Source of the DNA: Okeania sp.
GTDB taxonomy: Bacteria; Cyanobacteriota; Cyanobacteriia; Cyanobacteriales; Microcoleaceae
Assembly (NCBI RefSeq): GCF_035285525.1
Contig: NZ_JAYKGW010000254.1
Span: forward strand, 1 to 17,281
Direction: 5' to 3'
DNA length: 17,281 bases
The notes under the pieces were generated by a model, which searched no databases, was not told the origin of the DNA, and was given only the letters and a program-made list of their open reading frames with translations. How positions within the stretch are numbered: position 1 is the stretch's first letter; every line of letters starts with the position of its first letter. The position numbers were made by a program, and so were the translations under genes. Shown here one piece after another: positions 7,295 through 14,456 of the stretch.

Positions 7295-8290
7295 ATGTAT
7301 TCAAACCTTCCTAATAGTTGGTTTCGTGTTGCCAGAAGTGAAGATTTATCTGCAAAAGAAGTTATACCACTTCATTACTTTGGAAAAGACTTCGTATTAT
7401 TTCGTACAGAAGACGGTAAACCTCATATTTTTGATGCCCACTGTCCCCACTTAGGCGCTCATCTTGCTCATGGAGGTAGAATAGAAGGCCAAACTTTGAG
7501 ATGTCCTTACCACGGTTGGTTCTGGGATACAAATGGACAATGTGCTGCTATTCCTTATTCAGATCAACCGAAACCCAAAGTCAAAATCCAAAGTTGGCCT
7601 GTACTTGAACTTAATGGTCTCATAATGATGTACTACCATCATCAAGGAAAACAGCCAGACTGGGAAATACCACAAATATCAGAACTTATTTCTGGGGAAT
7701 GGACTCCTCTACGTTTAGTCCGTCAGTGGAAAGTACGGACTACCCTTCAAGATTATATGGATAACAGTGTCGATGTTTCTCACTTATATAATTTGCACAG
7801 TCGTACTTTCAAAAGCGCTCATAGTTATGGAGTAGAAATTGACGGACCAATATTAACTCATAGAATGTCTCAAAAATATAATTTATCTTCTTTAGCCGCA
7901 GGTAAATTAGTCTTAGAAGATGGTTCAGTTACTACTATTTATTATGGACCTGGTTATGATGTAAGTTTTTATTGGACAGAAGGAAAATTAAAACTAGGTT
8001 TATTAACTATTTTTACCGGAACCCCAATAAATAATGAATATCTCGATATTGCCATATTTTATAGTGTGAAAAAAGTTCTACCTTTTCCTTTAAACTTAAT
8101 TTTAAATAAGATGTTAAAACAGGATGTTTTAGAAACTTTTCAACAAGACGTTAGTATTTTAGAAAATAAAAAAGATATTCATAATCCACTATTATATCAA
8201 GATGATGGTCCTGTGCGTCAGTCTCGAAATTGGGCGAGTCAATTTTACTCAGAAAATTCTCTGACAGCAGAAACTTTAGTTCAAAAATAG
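7295..8290 (+). CDS. Rieske [2Fe-2S] non-heme-iron oxygenase, alpha-subunit-like (KshA/Neverland-type architecture)
   Basis: 331 aa. It has the Rieske motif CPH-x17-CPYH (CPHLGAHLAHGGRIEGQTLRCPYHGW) and the mononuclear iron motif D-x3-D-x2-H-x4-H (DNSVDVSHLYNLH). Confidence 0.85.
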   Translation: MYSNLPNSWFRVARSEDLSAKEVIPLHYFGKDFVLFRTEDGKPHIFDAHCPHLGAHLAHGGRIEGQTLRCPYHGWFWDTNGQCAAIPYSDQPKPKVKIQSWPVLELNGLIMMYYHHQGKQPDWEIPQISELISGEWTPLRLVRQWKVRTTLQDYMDNSVDVSHLYNLHSRTFKSAHSYGVEIDGPILTHRMSQKYNLSSLAAGKLVLEDGSVTTIYYGPGYDVSFYWTEGKLKLGLLTIFTGTPINNEYLDIAIFYSVKKVLPFPLNLILNKMLKQDVLETFQQDVSILENKKDIHNPLLYQDDGPVRQSRNWASQFYSENSLTAETLVQK

Positions 8291-8300
8291 CCTAAGCATT

Positions 8301-8330
8301 CAGCCGTCAGCTATCAGCTATTAGCTATTA
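8301..8330. repeat. STRR heptamer array (CAGCTAT-like) x4
   Basis: cagccgt cagctat cagctat tagctat ta, starting 11 nt after the Rieske stop codon. Confidence 0.8.
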
Positions 8331-8360
8331 CTTTTTTTGTTGTGCAATATTTACCATAAA

Positions 8361-8439
8361 GTAGGGACGTTTGGCTGCGCAACATGTTTGCGGAGCATTC
8401 CGGAACGGAAAACGCATTTTTGTTATGCAACGTCCCTAC
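8361..8439. repeat. Complete 79-bp palindromic dispersed element (GTAGGGACGTT...AACGTCCCTAC) between convergent genes; possible bidirectional terminator
   Basis: The ends gtagggacgtt and aacgtccctac are reverse complements. The interior ...tttgcggagcattccggaacggaaaacgcattttt... is shared with the copies listed under 2487..2590. On the minus strand the hairpin is followed by TTTAT. Confidence 0.6.
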
Positions 8440-8481
8440 AGACTTATTACAAGGCGATCATTGAATATTTTCCCAAGAAAA

Positions 8482-8886
8482 TTATTTAATTTCTACCTTA
8501 GCTCCTGCTTCTTCTAACTGCTTCTTAATAGCTTCAGCGTCTTCCTTAGAAGTTGCTTCTTTCAGAGGCTTAGGTACAGACTCTACCAATTCTTTTGCTT
8601 CTTTCAAACCTAAACCTGTAATACTGCGGACTACTTTCAGAATAGCAATTTTCTTATCTGAAGGATATTCAGTCAGAATAGCATCAAATTCTGTTTGCTC
8701 TTCCTCTGGTTCCGCTGCTGCTGCTGCACCTGGTGCCCCTGGCATAGCCATAGGCATCATCATACCACCGCCACCGGAAGCCGCAGTCACACCAAAAGCA
8801 TCTTCAATTTGTTTCACTAATTCAGATGCTTCTAATAAAGAAAGTGACTTAAGTTGTTCCAAAATTTCGTCAGTTTTTGCAGACAT
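8482..8886 (-). CDS. rplL: 50S ribosomal protein L7/L12
   Basis: 134 aa counted from the ATG at 8886, which is preceded by AGGAGAT. It has an Ala/Gly-rich hinge ([24 protein letters not shown]) and a C-terminal [10 protein letters not shown]...[11 protein letters not shown]. The upstream 22 codons in the ORF track are rejected. Confidence 0.95.
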
Positions 8887-9097
8887 TATTAATCTCCTAT
8901 TTTTTGTTAGTTTACAATTATTTGTGTATTGAAAAAAGGGAACAGGGAACAATTAACAGGGAAAAGTTAAATTCTCCCCCCACCTTTGCTGAGAACTGAT
9001 ATAGAAACCATTGAGTATTTCTATCAAGATTTAATTAACTTTTTAGCAGGAGTAATTCTTACGAGAAAAAGGTTGAAAAATATTTCAATAACCTCAT

Positions 9098-9125
9098 CTC
9101 CCCTACTCCCTTTCTCCCCTACTCT
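9098..9125. repeat. CCCCTAC-type STRR; the rplJ stop codon lies inside it
   Basis: tctcccctactccctttctcccctactc. The rplJ TAG (9121..9119) is the TAG of the repeat unit AGTAGGGG read on the minus strand. Confidence 0.8.
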
Positions 9126-9685
9126 GGCTGTTGTTCCTTTTCAGCAACTGCTTTCAGAACCCTACTTACAGTAGCTGGAACCTCATTAATACCAGTAGCA
9201 AGCTGAGTAGGTACAGCATTCAACGTACCAGCCAACTTACTAGCGATACTATTAATAGCACCAGCCACCTGAGCAATTAACTCTTCCTTAGATGGCAGAT
9301 CGGCGATCGCTTTGACTTGATCTTGATCTAGCAAACGCCCTTCCATCACGCCACCCTTAAACTCAGTTTTCTTGGTAGCTTTTTGGAAGTCTTGGTATGC
9401 CTTAATAGCACCACCAATATCATCCTTTAAGAAGAGAAAAGCATTAGACCCTGCCAGCAACTCTTCCATCGGTTGCCAGTTACTATCTTCTCTAACAGCA
9501 ATTCCCATTAGAGTATTTTTAGTAACTGAACAAACACTCCCTGTAGGTAGTAGTCTCCTGCGCAGATCTGTAATTTCCGCAACAGTTAACCCTTGATAAT
9601 TAATCACCAGAGCTAGTTGACTTTCACTCAAGTTTTGCTTGATATCTGCCAACATCTCTGCTTTTTGTTCTTTAGTTTTGCCCAT
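9119..9685 (-). CDS. rplJ: 50S ribosomal protein L10
   Basis: 188 aa counted from the ATG at 9685, preceded by AAGGAGGTGAT. It has the typical L10 N-terminus (KTKEQKAEMLADIKQNLSESQLALVINYQGLTVAEITDLRRRL) and sits in the syntenic position between rplA and rplL. Confidence 0.95.
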   Translation of the reverse strand: MGKTKEQKAEMLADIKQNLSESQLALVINYQGLTVAEITDLRRRLLPTGSVCSVTKNTLMGIAVREDSNWQPMEELLAGSNAFLFLKDDIGGAIKAYQDFQKATKKTEFKGGVMEGRLLDQDQVKAIADLPSKEELIAQVAGAINSIASKLAGTLNAVPTQLATGINEVPATVSRVLKAVAEKEQQPE

Positions 9686-9700
9686 GTCGATCACCTCCTT

Positions 9701-9745
9701 AAAAAACCAAAAACCCTGGCAAATTTTTGCATCTATCTGCCAGGG
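9701..9745 (-). promoter_or_regulatory. Intrinsic-terminator-like hairpin plus U-tract in the rplJ 5' leader (candidate attenuator)
   Basis: The minus-strand RNA reads CCCTGGCA-(16 nt loop)-TGCCAGGG, followed by TTTTTGGTTTTTT and then directly by the AAGGAGG Shine-Dalgarno of rplJ. Confidence 0.45.
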
Positions 9746-10080
9746 CTAAGAATTATAAAATTCAAATCAAGCAATTAAACTCACGATGTTTCACAACACC
9801 CTAATATTGTTATCTTTGAATAATTAACTCTTGAACCTCGGCAGGAAATTAAGCTATTAGCACCTGCTGTCTTCAGCTCTTCGATTTTAATTTTTTAGTT
9901 AAAAAAGCTGTCAGCACTTAACACTCAGCAATACAGCAAATTTTAAACATCTGTAACACAGCCTTCTAGGCTGTCAAAATTGTACCTGAATGATATAAAA
10001 TCTGCCCTATTGTTTTTTTTGTTGAGAAAGGGATTCAAATCTCTTCTAAACAATCCTACTTAGAAAAGTAGGGTAAAAGT

Positions 10081-10122
10081 TGATAGCTAAATGCTGAATG
10101 CTAAAAGCTGATAGCTATTTGA
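10081..10122. repeat. STRR heptamer array (TGAWWGC-like) x6 just downstream of the rplA stop
   Basis: tgatagc taaatgc tgaatgc taaaagc tgatagc tatttga. Confidence 0.75.
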
Positions 10123-10127
10123 TTAAA

Positions 10128-10844
10128 TTAAGCTGCTTCTCCTAATTTTAAATCTCGCAGACTGTTAACTTCAACTTGAATTGCAGGTCCCATTGTCGCC
10201 GATACAAATATAGTACGCCAATAACGACCCTTAGCTCCAGAAGGACGGTTGCGGTCTATACACTCTTGTAGAGCTTTTAAGTTTACCAGTAAATCTTCCG
10301 CTGAAAAAGAAGCTTTACCAAACATAACATGAACAATACCAGTTCGGTCCGCCCTAAATTCTAACTTACCAGCCTTAAATTCGTCAATTGCCTGTTTCAA
10401 ATCAAAAGTTACAGTACCACCTTTAGGAGATGGCATCAAACCTCTTGGTCCAAGTAAACGTCCTAACTTGGCCACTTGAGGCATCACATCAGGTGTAGCG
10501 ATCAACCTATCAAAATCCATCATGCCTTGACCAATTTGTTCAATCAACTCTTCAGAACCAGCTAAGTCTGCTCCTGCTTCTAGAGCTTCATTAACCTTTT
10601 CACCTTTAGCAATAACAGCAATTCTAATTGTTTGACCTGTTCCCTTCGGCAAAGCTACTGTAGTTCTTAGTTGTTGGTCTGTATATTTAGGATCGATCCC
10701 CAAACGAATATGAGCTTCCGCTGCCTCTGGAAATTTTGCTGTAGCCGTTTCCTTTAAAAGTTGAAGTGCTTCTTGTGGTTCATAAGTTCGCTCTTCTACT
10801 TTTTTCCTTAGTTCTTGTAATCTACGAGATACTTTTTTTGGCAT
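10128..10844 (-). CDS. rplA: 50S ribosomal protein L1
   Basis: 238 aa. The ATG at 10844 is preceded by AGGAGGAT. L1 is recognised from typical sequence ([25 protein letters not shown]..., [15 protein letters not shown]) and from synteny. Confidence 0.95.
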
Positions 10845-10849
10845 TTAAT

Positions 10850-10886
10850 CCTCCTGGGGTACTTAACGAAGTTCTACTTCTCCCCC
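10850..10886 (-). promoter_or_regulatory. Candidate L1 autoregulatory stem-loop overlapping the rplA Shine-Dalgarno
   Basis: The minus-strand RNA reads GGGGGAGAAG-uagaa-CUUCGUUAAGUACCCC-AGGAGG. It has an outer GGGG/CCCC stem, an inner GAAG/CUUC stem and an asymmetric 3' loop GUUAAGUA. By eye this resembles the 23S L1-stalk arrangement GGGAG...UUGAAAUACC(A)CCC. Confidence 0.35.
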
Positions 10887-11238
10887 TATATTTTTTACTT
10901 TCAGTTTGTACTGCTATATAAAACTGATACAAAGCGTCACATAACGTGACAACCGGATATTTACTTCCTGCTTCTACTGAGACCGTCGGCGGTTACTCAT
11001 CCACAGGCATTGACGGGTCTTGCCCGACCGCATTTGTTTAGTTTATACTTACACTTAAGTATTAGAAATTGAATTAATAAACTCTGGCAAAAGCTTTAAT
11101 TATTGCTCTGCTAATTAATTCTCAAAGTATTTACAGACAAAAGCTTTAACCTTTTTGGAGTCAAAAAAAGTAGCAGGTCAAGAGTCTAAAATGCTCGCGC
11201 ATATTAGCATAAAAGGCAGACAAGGACAAAAAAATTGC

Positions 11239-11288
11239 TCCCCTACTCCCCTGCACCCCTACTCCCCTACTCTCTTTCTCCCCTACTC
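11239..11288. repeat. Octamer tandem repeat (CCCCTACT-like) x6, abutting the rplK stop codon
   Basis: cccctact cccctgca cccctact cccctact ctctttct cccctact. Confidence 0.8.
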
Positions 11289-11289
11289 A

Positions 11290-11715
11290 TTAATCAGTAA
11301 TTGTAATACCCATATTTCTAGCCGTACCTGCGATAATTTTCATAGCAGCTTCAATGTCATTAGCATTGAGGTCTGGCATTTTGGTTTGGGCAATTTCTTG
11401 AAGTTGAGCTTTTGTGAGAGAACCTACCTTTGTCTTATGTGGTTCACTCGATCCCTTGCCCACACCTGCTGCTTTTTTAATTAAAACCGCTGCTGGTGGT
11501 GTCTTAAGAACAAAAGTAAAACTACGGTCTTCATAAACTGAGATTTCTACTGGTACTACCGTACCTGCTTGGTCTGCAGTTTTGGCGTTATATTCCTTAC
11601 AAAACGCCATAATATTCACACCATGCTGACCCAAAGCTGGACCAATAGGAGGAGAAGGATTAGCCTTCCCCGCTGTAATAGCCAACTTAATCAGCGCTAC
11701 AACTTTTTTTGCCAT
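11290..11715 (-). CDS. rplK: 50S ribosomal protein L11
   Basis: 141 aa. It has the L11 signature [35 protein letters not shown]. Its start overlaps the nusG stop by 1 nt (TAATG). Confidence 0.95.
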
Positions 11716-12383
11716 TATTTATGCTTTTCTACCTGATTAAACTCTAATTCTACAGGCGTATCACGTCCAAAAATGGATAATAGCGCCTTCAATTTATTTC
11801 TTTCTGGACTTACCTCAATTACATCACCTTCAAAGTCTTTAAATGGCCCCGAAAGTACTGTAATGTGGTCTCCTTCGGCCACTGTTAATTTGATGACTGG
11901 TTCTTGAGCTTGCTTAAATATCCTATCTACCTCTGAAGGACTTAAAGGTAGTGGTTTAACATGACCCCGCCCCCTTCCATAGGGACGTTTTTGTTCAGCT
12001 CCTACAAAGTTAATCACGTTTGAGGTTCCTTTGACAACTTGCCATGCTTCGTCATCAATTCTCCATTCTTTTTCGGCCTCGTGCCAATTTAGCCTCATTT
12101 GTACCAATACATACCCAGGAAAAACTTTTTCTTCACTATGTTGGCGACTACCGTCCTTACGAAGCTTAATTGCTGGAGCATGAGGTATTTCTATTTTAAA
12201 TATCTTATCTGCAACATCAAGAGTTTGAATACGCTGAGTCAAATTAAGCTTAACTCGTTTTTCGCATCCAGAAGCGACTTGTACTGCGTACCATCGCAAT
12301 TCTCCTTTAGCAAACTTTTTAGTTTCTTCTTCTCCTTGGTCTAATTCTTTTGTTTTTTGTGTTTCTTCTGAATCTAAATTCAT
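11715..12383 (-). CDS. nusG: Transcription termination/antitermination factor NusG
   Basis: 222 aa counted from the ATG at 12383, which overlaps the secE stop (ATGA). It has the NGN segment [14 protein letters not shown], the KOW segment [21 protein letters not shown] and an acidic N-terminal extension. Confidence 0.9.
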
Positions 12384-12604
12384 CCAAACACCACCCCAGC
12401 TGCCCAACTAAATAACTCATCTACTAGGTAAATGATTGTTGCTGAGAGAATAACCATTAATAGTACAGCAACAGACTCACTTATTAGTTGCTCTCTGCTT
12501 GGCCATACTACTTTATCTAGTTCTCCTTTTGTTTCTTGAAAAAAAGTTACAGGACTAAAGCCTTCCTTATTTTCTTGTACTTTTATATCTTCTTTTTTGG
12601 CCAC
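12380..12604 (-). CDS. secE: Preprotein translocase subunit SecE
   Basis: 74 aa with a single C-terminal TM helix (SVAVLLMVILSATIIYLVDELF) and a conserved ELDKVVWPSREQ segment. It lies immediately upstream of nusG, to which it appears translationally coupled. Confidence 0.9.
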   Translation of the reverse strand: MAKKEDIKVQENKEGFSPVTFFQETKGELDKVVWPSREQLISESVAVLLMVILSATIIYLVDELFSWAAGVVFG

Positions 12605-12691
12605 AATAATTGACTTCTCCGATACTATTGTGTTAATATTCGCTAACTATATATAGTTTTACTATATCTACCGGGGGTATACTTCCCAATT

Positions 12692-12870
12692 AGGACTTAT
12701 CCATGAACGCTATTGGTAGTGGACTGTTTCATTTTAAATGTTGTAAATAGATTTTTGTTGGGTTGAGGAACGAAACCCAACAAAAATCTTTCTCCCCTAC
12801 AGACGTTGCATGCAACGTCCCTACTCAATCTCCTACTCCCTAATGTACTATTTTAGAAACAGTCCACTAG
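12692..12870. mobile_element. MITE-like element, family B, copy 2; one terminus diverged, with an embedded GTAGGGACGTTGC palindrome
   Basis: It is highly similar to 3508..3670. An inner inverted repeat pairs tagtggactgtttc (12717..12730) with gaaacagtccacta (12856..12869). It carries a gttgggtt...aacccaac hairpin. The palindrome ctacagacgttgcatgcaacgtccctac (12798..12825) replaces the ctactcctctac STRR of copy 1. Confidence 0.6.
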
Positions 12871-13203
12871 GGTGGTTTTTAGGCGGTTGAGCGGACATGA
12901 AACGCTACGCGACATGAAAAGCGGTAGTGTAATGCACCAAGACTCTATATCTATGATCTAGTGTCTTTCTTTGCGTAAGTCTTATCCTTAATTTAAGTTC
13001 AGGTCTATAATTATACTACCGTCCCAGGACAGTATAAAGTACAGCCACTAGCCTACAGACACAGAAATTCTTACTGAATATGAGCTTCCTTGACGGGTTG
13101 ACTTTTCAGAGGATACTGCTACTTTGGCAATGTTTGTGTTCAGTACCTGAATTTAGACAAAACTATTATGTAATCCTAACATATTTTATCTAAACAAAAC
13201 CAA

Positions 13204-13231
13204 TTAAAAATTCACCCTAATACAGGGTGAA
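13204..13231 (-). terminator. Rho-independent terminator candidate on the minus strand
   Basis: The minus-strand RNA reads TTCACCCT-guauu-AGGGTGAA (8-bp stem), followed by TTTTTAATT. It lies downstream of tRNA-Trp and the foldback and upstream of secE. Confidence 0.5.
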
Positions 13232-13293
13232 GACTAAAAGCAAATTATTTAGTTACTAGACATCTGAAAACAAAGAAACAAGTTATTCTTAAC

Positions 13294-13808
13294 TAGGGCT
13301 TACTAATTAGGGGTTGCTAACAAATTTTTTTTGCCAAGGCAGAAGCCTGAATCCAGCAATCCTGCAAGTTAGAAGGAATCATAATTATAGAACAATGTAG
13401 TCAAAATATCATCTCTTGATTTTCAGTTCCTATCTTGCCAAAAAGTTAGGATTTTTGGCAAGATAAGCTTAAAAAGTTGTACTTTTTCCCAACCTTAAAA
13501 TGCTAAAATATTTACCAGTAAAAGCCTTGAGATTTAATCAGCAAACCCTAATTAAATCTAAAAACTATTACAAATAAAGATTTTAGCCCTTTTAGGTTCT
13601 GATTTCTCAGGAACCTTGGAACCTTAAAAGTGCCTAGTTTTCAGCTATTCATGTCCATGTCTGGAAAGGATTTTGGGCAAGAGAAAGGCCGAAAATCAAG
13701 GGATGATATTCTGACTACCTACTCTATAATTGTTATTCCTCGTGAATTCCAGGATGGCTGGATTCTGGCTCCTGCTCTTACCCATGATACTTTATTCGGC
13801 AAGCCCTA
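13294..13808. repeat. About 515-bp foldback: two arms of roughly 140-150 bp in inverted orientation around a spacer of roughly 220-240 bp
   Basis: Four blocks match between the arms:
- tagggctt (13294..13301) vs aagcccta (13801..13808).
- gaatccagcaatcctg (13349..13364) vs caggatggctggattc (13750..13765), 15/16.
- gtagtcaaaatatcatctcttgattttc (13397..13424) vs gaaaatcaagggatgatattctgactac (13691..13718), 26/28.
- An aattataga block is also shared.

The inner end of the left arm carries a perfect 14-bp hairpin, tatcttgccaaaaa-gttagga-tttttggcaagata (13431..13465). Confidence 0.6.
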
Positions 13809-13818
13809 ACTAACTTAG

Positions 13819-13891
13819 CGCGCCCTGAAGGACTCGAACCCTCGACATCAGGTTTTGGAGACCTGCGTTCTACCAACTGAACTAAGAGCGC
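13819..13891 (-). tRNA. trnW: tRNA-Trp (anticodon CCA)
   Basis: The reverse complement folds as a 73-nt cloverleaf: acceptor GCGCTCT/AGGGCGC, D arm GTTC-AGTTGGTA-GAAC, anticodon arm CAGGT-CTCCAAA-ACCTG, T arm GAGGG-TTCGAGT-CCTTC, discriminator G. The 3' CCA is not encoded. The position between rplS and secE is typical. Confidence 0.93.
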
Positions 13892-14006
13892 ATAATTGAG
13901 GTGTTAGATTCAATATCTAAATACTAAACAACCTCTATTTCTTTAATATAACATAACTCTTTATCAAATGGAAAAAAATTTTTGAGATTCTTTGGGAAAC
14001 CATCAA

Positions 14007-14393
14007 CTACTTTAGAGGACGGTCGAATCTTTGTTTGAGGCGAGTGGCTTTACCAACACGATCTCTCAGATAGTATAGTTTAGCTCTACGGACTTTACCT
14101 CGACGGATTAATTTAATATTGGCAATTCTGGGAGAATGGAGCAAAAAGACCCGTTCTACTCCAACACCTTGAAAGACACGACGAACTGTAATAGTTTCGT
14201 TGATGCCTCCGTTCCGCATGGCAATAATTGTACCTTCATAGGGCTGGACTCGTTCTTTTCCTCCCTCTATAATTTTAACCCCCACTTTTATAGTGTCACC
14301 TACATATAGTTGAGGCAATTTCTTTTTCGAGGCTTGGTTAAATTTTTCTATTTCTTCAGATTCAATTGAGGAAATTATTTGTTGGCCTTTCAT
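14007..14393 (-). CDS. rplS: 50S ribosomal protein L19
   Basis: 128 aa. The L19 core is [85 protein letters not shown]. Confidence 0.95.
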
Positions 14394-14456
14394 TTTAGTT
14401 GATTAAAACTCACAATTTTTTATCATATACCAATAACTGTAAAAATATCAAGATAT

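Noticed and set aside
8887-8952. 22-codon N-terminal extension of rplL in the ORF track
   Set aside because: The conserved L7/L12 N-terminus ([12 protein letters not shown]) starts at the ATG at 8886, which has an AGGAGAT Shine-Dalgarno. The extension would include the Shine-Dalgarno itself.
8986-9174. 62-aa plus-strand ORF in the rplJ-rplL spacer
   Set aside because: It has a non-ATG start, runs through the CCCCTAC STRR and continues into the antisense of the rplJ 3' end.
9372-9596. 74-aa plus-strand ORF
   Set aside because: It is antisense inside rplJ and is a shadow ORF.
11155-11484. 109-aa plus-strand ORF
   Set aside because: It starts in the repeat-rich rplK-rplA spacer, reads through the CCCCTACT octamer array, and then runs antisense to rplK. 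It has no Shine-Dalgarno and no recognisable domain.
12099-12344. 81-aa plus-strand ORF
   Set aside because: It is antisense inside nusG and is a shadow ORF.
12384-12407. 8-codon N-terminal extension of nusG (MGSWGGVW) overlapping secE
   Set aside because: The ATG at 12383 gives the classic ATGA stop/start overlap with secE. The longer form has a non-ATG start and would overlap the secE coding sequence by 28 nt.
13294-13808. NsiR1-like heterocyst sRNA units in the foldback arms
   Set aside because: The arms are inverted, not tandem. I see no DIF-type TCCGGA motif at a -35 position (only TCCAGGA), and there is no terminator at the end of each arm.
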